A stretch of DNA of 63,815 bases, the filler included. It is 6 parts of 6 records of this genome, joined end to end, with 100 filler letters (N's around TTAATTAATTAA, not from the genome) between each part and the next. Parts side by side here need not be neighbours in the genome. Positions count along the whole stretch, not along the records: positions 1 to 26,177 come from SRR20825010_1031; positions 26,278 to 37,762 come from SRR20825010_1034; 4 more parts are not named here. One strand, 5' to 3'. The position numbers were made by a program, and so were the translations under genes. Below are positions 18,667-30,551 of this stretch, piece after piece (positions within the stretch are counted from its first letter, which is position 1; each line of letters starts with the position of its first letter). The notes below the pieces were generated by a model. That model was not told the DNA's origin. It saw nothing but the letters and a program-made list of their open reading frames with translations, and did not search any database.

Positions 18667-19998
18667 TTGCGAGACCGCCTGAAACAACTTCCCCCGGTTG
18701 CCCGCGTTATTCTGGGCACGGTGCTGGCGATCATCCTGCTTGCCACATTCAAACCGTCCGCGCCCACCCGAGATATCGTGGACAACCATGCCCGGGTGCG
18801 GTTCGTGCTGGCCGACCCACAAGCGCGCTCGCCGCAGATTCAACTGTTTGGCCGGGTACAATCCCCCCGGGCCGCGGGCCTGACCGCCGTGGTCACCGCC
18901 AACGTGGACAGCATCCCGGTGCGCGCTGGCAACCGGGTCACCGAAGGCCAATTACTGATCCAGCTGGACGACACCGAAGCCGCCCTGGCCCGCGACCGTG
19001 CCAAAGCCACCCGCGACGAAGCCGCCGCCCAGCTGGAGACCACCCGCCTGCGCTACCAGAGCGACAAGAAAAACCTGGCACTGGAAAAGAAGCTGGCCCA
19101 ACTATCCACCGATAATCTGGAGCGCATCCAGTCCCTGCGTGAACGCAAGCTGGTGGCCCAGACCCAGCTGGACGAAGCCGAGCAAGCCCAGGCCCGGGCC
19201 GATCTGTCTCTCAGCCAGCGCCAGCTCAGTGTCAGCGACTTTGCGAACGAACTGGCCCGTATGGAAGCCCGCCTGGCCAGCGCCGAGGCGCAGCTGGAAC
19301 AGGCAAAAATCGACCTGGCCCGCACTACCGTCAACGCGCCGTTCGACGGTACCGTGACCCAGGTGAGCGTAGCCCCCGGCGAGCGAGTACGCCCCGGCGA
19401 GCCGCTGATCGACCTGTTTGCCGACAGCGAACTGGAAGTGCGCGCCCAGATCCCCGACCGTTATCTGCCTGCCGTACGCCAAGGCTTGATCGCCGGCGAC
19501 CTGGCCGCCAGCACCCAGCTGGAAGGCCATACCCTGCCGCTGAAACTGAAGCGACTGGCCGGCGATGCCGCCGATGCCCGTGGCGGCATCGATGGTCTGT
19601 TCGCCTTTAGCGGTGACAGCGCCAAAGGGGCGCCCACGGCCGCACTGGGCCGCCCGCTGACCATCACCTTGACGCTGCCCGCCCAACCGCAATTGCTGGC
19701 GCTGCCAGCCACCGCCCTGCATGGTCTCAACCGGCTCTACCGCATCGACGCCGATGACCATTTGCAACGGGTGGATGCCCATATCGTCGGCGAAGCCATC
19801 GACGGTGACGAGTCTCTGCTACTGTTACGCGCCGACAGCCTGACCGGTGGCGAACGCATCATGACAACCCAATTGCCCCAGGCCATCGTCGGGCTGCCGG
19901 TGGATCCACAGCCCGTACCCGGCAGTAACGCCGACACCGAAAGCAACACCCCCATAGCGGACGCAGACGCGGATAGCCAGGGCGGTGACAGTGAGTGA
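18667..19998 (+). CDS. RND efflux periplasmic adaptor (MFP)
   Basis: Lipoyl halves (VRAGNRVTEGQLLIQLDD; APFDGTVTQVSVAPGERV) flank a coiled coil. Probable TTG start behind AAAGGA. Confidence 0.88.
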   Translation: MRDRLKQLPPVARVILGTVLAIILLATFKPSAPTRDIVDNHARVRFVLADPQARSPQIQLFGRVQSPRAAGLTAVVTANVDSIPVRAGNRVTEGQLLIQLDDTEAALARDRAKATRDEAAAQLETTRLRYQSDKKNLALEKKLAQLSTDNLERIQSLRERKLVAQTQLDEAEQAQARADLSLSQRQLSVSDFANELARMEARLASAEAQLEQAKIDLARTTVNAPFDGTVTQVSVAPGERVRPGEPLIDLFADSELEVRAQIPDRYLPAVRQGLIAGDLAASTQLEGHTLPLKLKRLAGDAADARGGIDGLFAFSGDSAKGAPTAALGRPLTITLTLPAQPQLLALPATALHGLNRLYRIDADDHLQRVDAHIVGEAIDGDESLLLLRADSLTGGERIMTTQLPQAIVGLPVDPQPVPGSNADTESNTPIADADADSQGGDSE

Positions 19999-22900
19999 GT
20001 CGCGGGGCCTGATCGCCAGCTTTACCGAGCACAAGGTTGCCTCCAACCTGCTGATGATCCTGATGATCATGCTCGGGGTACTGGGCCTGACTCGCTTGAA
20101 CACCCAGCTGTTCCCGGATTTTGACTTCGAATACGTCACCGTCACCATCCCCTGGCGCGGCGCCAGCCCTGAAGATGTGCAACGCTCCATCACCATTCCC
20201 GTGGAGCAGGCCCTGAAAACCCTGCCCAACACCCGCAAGCTGATTGCCCGCTCCCAGCAGGGCGCCAGCGCCATTTTTATTGAGCTGGAAGACGGCAGCG
20301 ATCTGGGCCTGGCCCTGGATGAAGTGCGCCAGCGCATCGACTCGATTCGCAACCTGCCCCAGGACGCCGAGCGGCCGGTGATTCAGAAAATCACCCGCTA
20401 TTCGCTGGTCACCTCGATTCTGGTATCCACAGAAAACGGCAGCCGGGGAGAGCTGCGCCCGCTGGTGCGGGAAATGGAGGATGAACTGCTGGCACTGGGG
20501 GTCGGCAAAGTGGAGTTCATAGGCCTGCCGGAAGAGGAAATGGCTATTCAGGTGCCCAGCAGCACCCTGCATGATCTGGGCATGACCCTGGGGCAGATCG
20601 GCGACAAGGTACGCAGCTTCAGCCAGGACACCCCCGCCGGCACCGTGGGCCGCGACGACGCTGCCAAGCAACTGCGGGCGCTGGGCCAACGCCGTGACGA
20701 AAAGGCCTTTGCCGAGCTCCCACTGATTACCACCGCCGACGGCCAACAGCTGAGTCTGGGCGATGTGGCCATCATCGAACGACGGGCACGGGATGACCAG
20801 GCCACCCTCACCTTCGAAGGCAAACCCGCCATCGAACTACAGGTGATGCGCGGCGAAGACGACGACATGCTCGACCTGGCCGACAAGGTTCGTACCTGGG
20901 GAGGCGAATACGCGCATTCGCTGCCCGATGGCGTCAAGATGACGTTCTATTTCGAGGCCTGGAAACACGTGCAGGAGCGCATTTCCACCCTGCTCTGGAA
21001 TGGCATTTCCGGCCTGGTGCTGGTGATCCTCACCCTCTATTTTTTCCTCAATGCGCGGGTCGCCTGGTGGGTCACCGTGGGGATTCCGGTGTCCTTCATG
21101 GCCACCCTCGGCATCCTCTGGGCGTTTGGCGGCACCATCAACATGATCAGCCTGTTCGGCCTGATTCTGGCCCTGGGGCTGATCGTCGATGACGCCATCG
21201 TGGTGGGCGAAGACACCCTCACCCACCTGCAACAGGGCGAATCTGCCCAGCGTGCAGCCCTGGGCGGGGCCCGGCGCATGTTCTGGCCCGTGGTGGCATC
21301 GTCCACCACTACCATCGCCGCCTTCCTGCCACTGGGAATGATGGGCGGCGCCATGGGCAAGATATCGTTCGATATTCCCTTCGTGATGATCTGCGTGATT
21401 CTCGCCTCACTATTGGAATGCTTCCTGGTGATGCCCGGGCATTTGCACCACAGCTTCCGCGGCATCGAGGTCAAGGCCAGCGGCCTGCGCGAACGCATCG
21501 ACATCGGCTTCAACCGCTTCCGGGATGAGCGCTTCCGGCCCCTGGTGGAATGGTCCGTTACCCACCGCAAGCTGGTCAGTGTATCCGCCGTCTGCGCCTT
21601 CGTTCTTGCCCTGTCGCTGGTATCCACCGGCTGGCTCAAGTTCACCTTCTTCCCGCCGGTAGATGGCGATCAACTGCGCGCCGTGGCGGAATTCTCCTCC
21701 GGCACCGACAAGCAACAGGTGGACGACTTCCTCGCCGAGCTGGAACGCACGCTGGAAGAGACCAACGAGGAACTGGGCGGGCATCTGGTCCATACCATTA
21801 TCAGCCACCACGGCGCCGCCGCCGGTTTCCCTAACATCGGCGGCCGCCAGGACAAGTTCGGTGACGAATACGGCACCCTGGTAGTCGAGGTCTACACCGG
21901 TTCGGACCGGGACATCTCCAACGACCAGTTGATTGATGCCTGGCGCGAAAGACTGGCCATGCCCGCGGGGCTGGATCAACTCACCATTTCCCAGGCCGAA
22001 GCCGGCCCCCCGGGCAAACCCATTGAGGTAAAACTCACTGGCAGCGACGCCGCTACCCTGAAAGCCGCCTCACTGGCGTTGCAGGAACGCCTTGAGCAGT
22101 TCACCGGCGTCAGCAACGTGGACGATGATCTTCCTTACGGCAAGGAACAGCTCACCTTCCAGCTCACCGCTCAGGGCCGCGCCCTGGGGCTAACCCTCAG
22201 CGACGTGGCCAGCCAGCTACGGGGCGCCTTCGACGGCAGCCTCGCGCAGCTCTACAACGAAGAAGACGAGGAAGTGGAAGTGCGGGTGATGCTGCCTGAC
22301 AGTGAGCGCCGGCGCTTCAGCGCCCTTGAGCGCCTGCCCATCATCACCAACCAGGGCGAAGCCATTCCGCTTCGCGACGTGGTCACCTTTGACGCTCGCA
22401 AGGGCGTGGACCTGCTGCGCCGGGTCGACGGCGAATTGGCCGCCACCGTGTACGCCGACCTGGATCCCGAACAGGGCAACGCCAACGAGATCATCGCCAC
22501 CCTTAACGAAGGCATCCTTCCGGAACTGAAAAGCCGCTACGGCATCGGCGTGGGCTACGAAGGCAAGTTGCAGGAGCAGGCTGAAAACCTGCGGGACCTG
22601 GCCACCGGCGCCCTGCTCGGGCTGGCAATTATCTACATCGTGTTGGCCTGGGTATTCAGCTCCTACTCCTGGCCCATAGCGATCATGACCGCCATTTTCT
22701 TCGGCCTCACCGGCGCGGTGATCGGGCATATTTTCACGGCACCGTTTGGCATCAAGTTCTCCATGTTCTCGGCCATGGGCCTGTTCGGCCTGTCCGGCAT
22801 TATCGTCAACGACTCCATCGTGTTGGTGAGTTTCTATCAACAGTTGGTCGCCGAAGGCATGGAGCGCTTCCAGGCCATCACTGAAGCCTGTGTACGGCGC

Positions 22901-23602
22901 CTGCGCGCGGTACTGTTGACCTCGATCACCACGGTCGCCGGTCTCACTCCAATCCTGTTCGAAAGCTCACTGCAGGCCCAGTTCCTCAAACCCATGGCCG
23001 TGAGCCTGGTGTTCGGCCTGCTGTTCGGCACCGGGCTGATCCTGCTGGTCGTGCCCGCCATGCTGATGCTGATCGAGGAACAGCGCGACCGCGTTCAGGG
23101 ACTCGGCCGCCACCTGGCGCCGCACAACTGGGGCACCCTGCTGCAACGGGCCTGGCGCTTTGACCCCAGCCACCACCGCCAGCAACCCGGCCCCCAGGGA
23201 CTGGGCGGCAACCTGTGGTGGGCCATGCTGCTGGGCCCCTTCCTGCTGCTGAACGTGTTCGGCAACCTGCCCCTGCTCAAGGCAGCCGCCAGCGAAAACG
23301 CCAGCCTGCTGCTGCTCGCCCCCACCGGGATACTCTGGCTGCTGATGTTGGGGTTGGGGCTGGCCTTTCTGTGGTGCCTGTTCCGTCGCCGGCAGCTGGC
23401 GCTGACATTGGCACCGCGCTGGCTGCTGCTAACCGGGATCGGCAGCCTTGCCATTGCTGCCCTGGCACCGCTGGCGGGCCATCACGGCGACCTGCTGGCC
23501 AACAGTTTCTGGGCACTGGCCCGGTGGACGCTGGTCACCACCCTGATTGTGTTGCCCATTCTGCTCTGGGGGCGGCGCAGCGCCCACACGCTCACCCGGT
23601 AA
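19985..23602 (+). CDS. RND efflux permease (AcrB/AcrD/AcrF family) with about 170-aa extra C-terminal membrane domain
   Basis: GASPEDV, NMISLFGLILALGLIVDDAIVVGE, RLRAVLLTSITTVAGLTP and QAQFLKPMAVSLVFGL; 1205 aa. Confidence 0.92.
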   Translation: MTVSESRGLIASFTEHKVASNLLMILMIMLGVLGLTRLNTQLFPDFDFEYVTVTIPWRGASPEDVQRSITIPVEQALKTLPNTRKLIARSQQGASAIFIELEDGSDLGLALDEVRQRIDSIRNLPQDAERPVIQKITRYSLVTSILVSTENGSRGELRPLVREMEDELLALGVGKVEFIGLPEEEMAIQVPSSTLHDLGMTLGQIGDKVRSFSQDTPAGTVGRDDAAKQLRALGQRRDEKAFAELPLITTADGQQLSLGDVAIIERRARDDQATLTFEGKPAIELQVMRGEDDDMLDLADKVRTWGGEYAHSLPDGVKMTFYFEAWKHVQERISTLLWNGISGLVLVILTLYFFLNARVAWWVTVGIPVSFMATLGILWAFGGTINMISLFGLILALGLIVDDAIVVGEDTLTHLQQGESAQRAALGGARRMFWPVVASSTTTIAAFLPLGMMGGAMGKISFDIPFVMICVILASLLECFLVMPGHLHHSFRGIEVKASGLRERIDIGFNRFRDERFRPLVEWSVTHRKLVSVSAVCAFVLALSLVSTGWLKFTFFPPVDGDQLRAVAEFSSGTDKQQVDDFLAELERTLEETNEELGGHLVHTIISHHGAAAGFPNIGGRQDKFGDEYGTLVVEVYTGSDRDISNDQLIDAWRERLAMPAGLDQLTISQAEAGPPGKPIEVKLTGSDAATLKAASLALQERLEQFTGVSNVDDDLPYGKEQLTFQLTAQGRALGLTLSDVASQLRGAFDGSLAQLYNEEDEEVEVRVMLPDSERRRFSALERLPIITNQGEAIPLRDVVTFDARKGVDLLRRVDGELAATVYADLDPEQGNANEIIATLNEGILPELKSRYGIGVGYEGKLQEQAENLRDLATGALLGLAIIYIVLAWVFSSYSWPIAIMTAIFFGLTGAVIGHIFTAPFGIKFSMFSAMGLFGLSGIIVNDSIVLVSFYQQLVAEGMERFQAITEACVRRLRAVLLTSITTVAGLTPILFESSLQAQFLKPMAVSLVFGLLFGTGLILLVVPAMLMLIEEQRDRVQGLGRHLAPHNWGTLLQRAWRFDPSHHRQQPGPQGLGGNLWWAMLLGPFLLLNVFGNLPLLKAAASENASLLLLAPTGILWLLMLGLGLAFLWCLFRRRQLALTLAPRWLLLTGIGSLAIAALAPLAGHHGDLLANSFWALARWTLVTTLIVLPILLWGRRSAHTLTR

Positions 23603-23739
23603 GCTGCCCCATTACGGCACCCATGTGCCACAATTCGACAGCTTACCTTTTAAGCCGTCGCTGGTATGATCCGCGATTGGATCGAGACACATATAAAAAT
23701 ACAGCCGTATGGGATCAATAGCGGCTTGAGGAGAGCAAC

Positions 23740-24102
23740 ATGGCCAAAATTCTTGTGGTGGACGATTCCCCGACCCAGCTGACCAATCTGGTAAAGATTG
23801 TCCAGGGTCAGGGCCATGATGTCGTCACTGCCACCAATGGTATGGAAGGGATAGAAAAAGCCAAACAGGAACAGCCCGACCTGATCCTGATGGATGTGGT
23901 CATGCCGGAACTGAACGGCTTCCAGGCCACCCGCAAGATCACCCGCGATCCTGCCACAGAAAGCATTCCGGTGATTCTGGTCACCACCAAGGACCAGGAA
24001 ACCGACAAAGTCTGGGGCGAACGCCAGGGCGCCTTCGGCTATGTGGTAAAACCGCCGGTGGAATCGGAACTGGTGGCCAAGATCAATGAAGCGCTGGGCT
24101 GA
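23740..24102 (+). CDS. pilH: Single-domain response regulator, PilH-like
   Basis: VDDSPT, MDVVMPELNGFQATR and IPVILVTTKDQETDKVWGERQGA are typical of PilH. Confidence 0.8.
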   Translation: MAKILVVDDSPTQLTNLVKIVQGQGHDVVTATNGMEGIEKAKQEQPDLILMDVVMPELNGFQATRKITRDPATESIPVILVTTKDQETDKVWGERQGAFGYVVKPPVESELVAKINEALG

Positions 24103-24188
24103 GTCGTCGTCCGCGGCCTGTCGCGCGCGGTAACCGAACGTCCATGACCTGCGCCACAGCCACAGCCGCTTTTACAAGTCAATCTATC

Positions 24189-24231
24189 AACGACCGGATT
24201 CATTCCCTATGATTCCGGTCGTTTTGTATTT
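24189..24231 (+). terminator. Terminator after pilH-like gene
   Basis: AACGACCGGA(T)TCAT...ATGA(T)TCCGGTCGTT followed by TTGTATTT. Confidence 0.7.
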
Positions 24232-24284
24232 GAAGAACGCTTGCACGCAACAGGCTTGCAGGCCGCACGCCGTCAGGACATATC

Positions 24285-26177
<1,893 letters not shown>

Positions 26178-26277
26178 NNNNNNNNNNNNNNNNNNNNNNN
26201 NNNNNNNNNNNNNNNNNNNNNTTAATTAATTAANNNNNNNNNNNNNNNNNNNNNNNNNNNNNNNNNNNNNNNNNNNN
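26178..26277. other. Artificial contig spacer
   Basis: N44-TTAATTAATTAA-N44; the linker puts stop codons in all six frames. Confidence 0.98.
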
Positions 26278-27113
26278 AACGCCCCCACCGCCAGCAAAGG
26301 CGTGGCCCCGAAGCGGCGGACCACGGGCACAGAGAAGGCAAAAAGCGTGATTTCAGTGACAATGCCGACGCCCCATAAAATGCCTATGGTCGTGTCGTCA
26401 TAGCCCTGTCGCTGCCAGTTGAGCGAACCGAAGGCATAATAAACCGCGTGGCTCGACTGGATAATGCTGGCTGTCGTAATTCCCAGCATAAAGACCGGCT
26501 GGCGCAAAAATCCCATCATGCCGCCGAACATGCCCTTGAAGGGATTACCACGAGCCGGCGCTTTGCGCCTGACCGGAATATCGGGTGCGAGCAGATAGGC
26601 CCCGACCAGATTGATAGCAATCGCTCCGATGAGACAGGTCGCAATGATGGCAGGCGTGTTGAAGCCCAAAAGCCAGCCTGTTCCAAAACTGCCGACAATG
26701 AAGGTGATGGAACACCACAGGCGCACGCGCCCGTAATGCACACCTTGCTCGCGGGCTGCCGCCAGCGCGATGGTTTCGATGAGCGGCGAGATAGACGGCC
26801 ACATAGCCATCAGCACAAGAGTAACAATGAAAATTTGCCAAAAGCCATCGAGAAAGGGCAACAGCCCGACAGCGGCAAGCGAGGCCCAGTTGAGCGCTAT
26901 GACAATGCGCCGCCTGTCCCCGATACGGTCTGCGATAACCGCAAAGATAGGCCCAGCCACAATGCGCAGGAACATGGTCGTCGCAATGACGATGGAAATT
27001 TCCTGCGGCCCCAGCCCCTTATATTTCAGCCAGACGGGAAAGAATGGCAATTGCACGCCGCCGAAAAGGCAGAGCGACGCATAAAAAAGCGAAAGGCGGA
27101 GCGAGAGCGACAT
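26278..27113 (-). CDS. MFS transporter (HcaT/MFS_1_like), 3'-truncated
   Basis: GVQLPFFPVWL, YGRVRLW, IQSSHAVYYAFGS and LWGVGIVTEI. Confidence 0.85.
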
Positions 27114-27189
27114 GAGGGCGGCTCAACAAGGTTGAACCTCACTCATACCGGAAGGCGGAAGATTGGCAAGTGGCACCCTTTCTGCCCGG

Positions 27190-27369
27190 TCAGTCTAGCT
27201 CCACCATTTCAAAATCGGCTTTTGAACTGCCACAATCAGGGCAGGCCCAATCATCGGGAATGTCTTCCCAATAAGTGCCCGCCTCAACCCCCTCGTCAGG
27301 CAGACCTTCGGCCTCGTCATAGACGAAACCGCAGATCTGGCATTGCCATGTCTTGAACGGACGGGCCAT
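27190..27369 (-). CDS. Rubredoxin (59 aa; not in the ORF track)
   Basis: Hand translation gives [59 protein letters not shown], with two CxxCG motifs. RBS GGGAGGT. Confidence 0.96.
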   Translation of the reverse strand: MARPFKTWQCQICGFVYDEAEGLPDEGVEAGTYWEDIPDDWACPDCGSSKADFEMVELD

Positions 27370-27396
27370 CCGGCACCTCCCTGCCTTTAGAAGCTC

Positions 27397-28665
27397 TTAT
27401 TTCATCTTATAACGGATCGGCACGGTCTTGGGACCACAGACGAAATTGGACAGCGAATTTTTAGGCTCGCCCGCCAATTCAACAAATTCCACACGACGGA
27501 AGATTTCTTCCCAGAAGAGACGCATTTCGAGCTTGGCCAGATGCTGACCGATGCAAACATGCGCGCCATAGCCGAAAGCAAGTTGCTTGTTGGGCTTACG
27601 GTCGATCTGGAATTCGAACGGCTTGTCGAACACATCCTCGTCGCGATTGCCGGACGGATAGCAAAGCATCATCCAGTCACCCTTGGCGATCTTCTGACCC
27701 GACACTTCCGCGTCAGCGGTCGCCGAACGCATGAAATGCTTGACCGGCGTGGCCCAGCGAATTGTCTCGTCAATAAAGGTCGGAATGAGCGAAGGGTCTT
27801 CCTTCAAGCGCTTGAAATCGCCGGGACGCTCCGCCACCGCCCAGAGACCGGACGATGTTGTGTTGGACGTTGTGTCATGACCGGCGGTTGCGGCGATGAT
27901 GTAATAAGACATGGCCGCAAAGTGATCGAGTGGCTGGCCGTTGATCTGGCCGTTAGCAATGACGGAAGACAGATCTTCGCGCGGATTGGCGCGGCGGTCT
28001 TCGGTCAATGCATTGAAATATTCAATGAAGTCACCAATCGTCGCCTGCATGGCGGCAAGACCTTCTTCAAAGGTTGCCTCCTTGCCGGAGCGATTGAGGT
28101 CCGGATCATTGCTGCCAAAGAGTTCCTGCGTCAGCTTCAACATGCGCGGCTCGTCGGCTTCCGGCACGCCCAGTGTTTCCATGATGACATGCAGCGGGAA
28201 ATAGAGCGCCACATCCTTGGCGAAGTCGCACTCCCCGCCCATATCGGCCATACGGTCGACAAAGACTTTGGCAATGTCCTTGATGCGGCCTTCGAGCTTC
28301 TTCAGGTTTTGCGGCAGAAACCAAGCCTGCGTCAGACGGCGGTAGGCCATGTGGTCGGGATTGTCCATCTGCACAAGCGAGCGCACCAGATGGGGAGAGC
28401 CCCCCATCATCTCGCGCACTTTCTTGTCCACTTCGATAGTGACCATGGTCGTCGGCTCATCACCATTATGAAAAAGCTCGTTCTGCTTTTCGACTTCCAG
28501 AATGTCGGCATGTTTGGTGATAGCCCAGAACGGCGCGATACCTTCTGGCTCGGCACGCGCCAGCGGCATTTCCTTGCGCAAAAACTTGAACGCTTCATCC
28601 ACCGGCTTTTCAGCCGCATAGGCTTTGGGGTCCACAATCGTATTGGCAATGTCCTGCGGAATCAT
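27397..28665 (-). CDS. Cytochrome P450 (CYP108-like)
   Basis: I-helix ATAGHDTT, ETIRWATPV and heme motif FGYGAHVCIG. Start MIPQDIA behind AGGGAGAGG. Confidence 0.93.
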   Translation of the reverse strand: MIPQDIANTIVDPKAYAAEKPVDEAFKFLRKEMPLARAEPEGIAPFWAITKHADILEVEKQNELFHNGDEPTTMVTIEVDKKVREMMGGSPHLVRSLVQMDNPDHMAYRRLTQAWFLPQNLKKLEGRIKDIAKVFVDRMADMGGECDFAKDVALYFPLHVIMETLGVPEADEPRMLKLTQELFGSNDPDLNRSGKEATFEEGLAAMQATIGDFIEYFNALTEDRRANPREDLSSVIANGQINGQPLDHFAAMSYYIIAATAGHDTTSNTTSSGLWAVAERPGDFKRLKEDPSLIPTFIDETIRWATPVKHFMRSATADAEVSGQKIAKGDWMMLCYPSGNRDEDVFDKPFEFQIDRKPNKQLAFGYGAHVCIGQHLAKLEMRLFWEEIFRRVEFVELAGEPKNSLSNFVCGPKTVPIRYKMK

Positions 28666-28768
28666 ATCGGGCCTCTCCCTGAGGTTTGCGCAGGTCATTT
28701 ATCTGCCGCGCTTGATTATCTCTGACCGTCATGTTGCTATACGTCCAACAACTAAGTAAACAGGAAAA

Positions 28769-29416
28769 ATGGCCAACCCAGTCGAAATCGACACCCTCTC
28801 CACCGATGCGCCCCATGTGCGGCGCACGCAGGCCGAGCGCCGTGCAGAATCCGACCGCAATCTGCTGCTGGCCGCCGCCGAACTTATTGCCGAGGAAGGT
28901 TTCAACGCCGCCACATTCGAAAAAGTAGGGGCCCGCGCAGGCTATAGCCGCGGATTAGCCAGCCAGCGGTTCGGCTCCAAGGACGGGCTGATCGAAGCAC
29001 TGATCGATTACCTGCACGAACGCTCGGAAGAACTGGTTTTTGCCGAAGGGCTGGACGGCGTGAAAGGTCTCGACGCGATCCTTGTCGCGGTGGACATCTA
29101 TATGCGCAACTTCGAGGCCGAGCAGGCGATCCGCTCCTATTTCGTGGCCATGGCCGGTGCCGTGGGCACGCTGTCGCCGCAACGCGCAGCCTTTGCCGCC
29201 TCGCATATGAAAGCCAAAGCACGCTTCGCCTTCCATATCCGCGAGGGGCAGGACAATGGCTCGATCTCGAGAGACATAGACGACGAAGCCGCCGCCCTGA
29301 TGATCGGCAGCCTCATTCTAGGCGTCAGCACACAATGGCTGATCGACCCTTCCACCGACCTTGCTCGTGTGCGCAAGACAACGCTGGATACATTGCGGCG
29401 GAGTCTGGCGGCTTAG
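28769..29416 (+). CDS. TetR/AcrR family transcriptional regulator, divergent from the P450
   Basis: RRTQAERRAES...AAAELIAEEGFNAATFEKVGARAGYSRGLASQRFGSKDGL. Confidence 0.92.
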   Translation: MANPVEIDTLSTDAPHVRRTQAERRAESDRNLLLAAAELIAEEGFNAATFEKVGARAGYSRGLASQRFGSKDGLIEALIDYLHERSEELVFAEGLDGVKGLDAILVAVDIYMRNFEAEQAIRSYFVAMAGAVGTLSPQRAAFAASHMKAKARFAFHIREGQDNGSISRDIDDEAAALMIGSLILGVSTQWLIDPSTDLARVRKTTLDTLRRSLAA

Positions 29417-29455
29417 GTCCCTTCATCTTTTCTTGGTAGAGCCAAGATGAGAAAA

Positions 29456-29962
29456 TCAACGGCGCAGACGATAAAGCGCGCACCAGTCGCCTTTGATCTC
29501 GCCCTCATATTCAAACTGAAAACCAAGCTTCTCCATCACGTGCCGCGAAGCACGATGCTCAGCGACTGCGAAAGCGATGATGTTAGTGAGTGCCAATGGC
29601 CCGAAAGCAATATCGACCAGTGATCTGGACACTTCGGTGGCAAGCCCCTGCCCCCAAAACACGCGATGGAACGTGTAACCAATCTCCACCTCGTCGACGC
29701 CCTTAATGGCGATGTGACGCAGAGCACAACGCCCTGCGAACATGCCATCTTTGGTCCGCAAAGCCCATGTACCGAAGCCATAGGTTTGCCAATGAGCAAT
29801 ATTGTCGTTGATATAGGCCCGCGTTGCCGTCTCGTCGCGCACACCACCTAGATATTTCGACACATCGGTGTCTTTGTGGAGGAGACACAGCTCATCGAGA
29901 TGGCTGAAATCGAGCGGGGTAGCAACGAGGCGCTCGGTGGTAAAGGTGGCGGGCATCAACAT
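29456..29962 (-). CDS. GNAT (RimJ/RimL-like) acetyltransferase
   Basis: TTERL, EIGYTFHRVFWGQGLATE and ASRHVMEKLGF. Confidence 0.88.
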   Translation of the reverse strand: MLMPATFTTERLVATPLDFSHLDELCLLHKDTDVSKYLGGVRDETATRAYINDNIAHWQTYGFGTWALRTKDGMFAGRCALRHIAIKGVDEVEIGYTFHRVFWGQGLATEVSRSLVDIAFGPLALTNIIAFAVAEHRASRHVMEKLGFQFEYEGEIKGDWCALYRLRR

Positions 29963-30088
29963 GAGTTCACACAATCAGAGGAATCACTTTGTCTCGGCTT
30001 GGGCCTGAGCATGCAACGCCTATACTGGTTGAAATAGATCTAGATGGCACGATCAAGTCGGGCCAAGACGAAATTGAGGACACAAAAA

Positions 30089-30460
30089 ATGAAACTCTGG
30101 CTTTCTATCGCCGCCTTTTCAGGCTTTCTGGCTGTCGCCGTCGGGGCCTTCGGAGCGCATGGACTGGCCAACCGCGCGACGCCTGAAGAGCTAAACGCCT
30201 TTGAAATCGGCGCGCGCTATCACATGTATCATGCGCTGGCGCTGTTTGCGGTGGCCTGGCTGGCGACACAGGGCGAAAGCACTTTGGTAACGACCGCCGG
30301 TTGGGCCTTTGTGCTGGGCACCGTATTTTTCTCAGGGTCACTCTACGTCCTTGGCGCCACAGGCAGCCGCTCGCTCGTGCTGGTCACCCCATTGGGCGGC
30401 GTCACCTTTATGATCGGCTGGATCTGCCTTTTTGCCCGCGCACTGAAAATGCCTGCCTAA
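30089..30460 (+). CDS. DUF423 membrane protein
   Basis: AVAVGAFGAHGL, YHMYHALAL, FFSGSLY and VTPLGG. Confidence 0.92.
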   Translation: MKLWLSIAAFSGFLAVAVGAFGAHGLANRATPEELNAFEIGARYHMYHALALFAVAWLATQGESTLVTTAGWAFVLGTVFFSGSLYVLGATGSRSLVLVTPLGGVTFMIGWICLFARALKMPA

Positions 30461-30551
30461 ACCCTTGTTTTTCGCTGGACCGAAGTCTATTTTTAGACAA
30501 CGGTATGGCGGAATTGGCCCTTTTGGGCGGCGCGAGAGGGAGAAACGACCG

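Noticed and set aside
28732-28750. TGTTG-N9-CAACA as the TetR operator
   Set aside because: Plausible position, but 5-bp arms are too weak to call.
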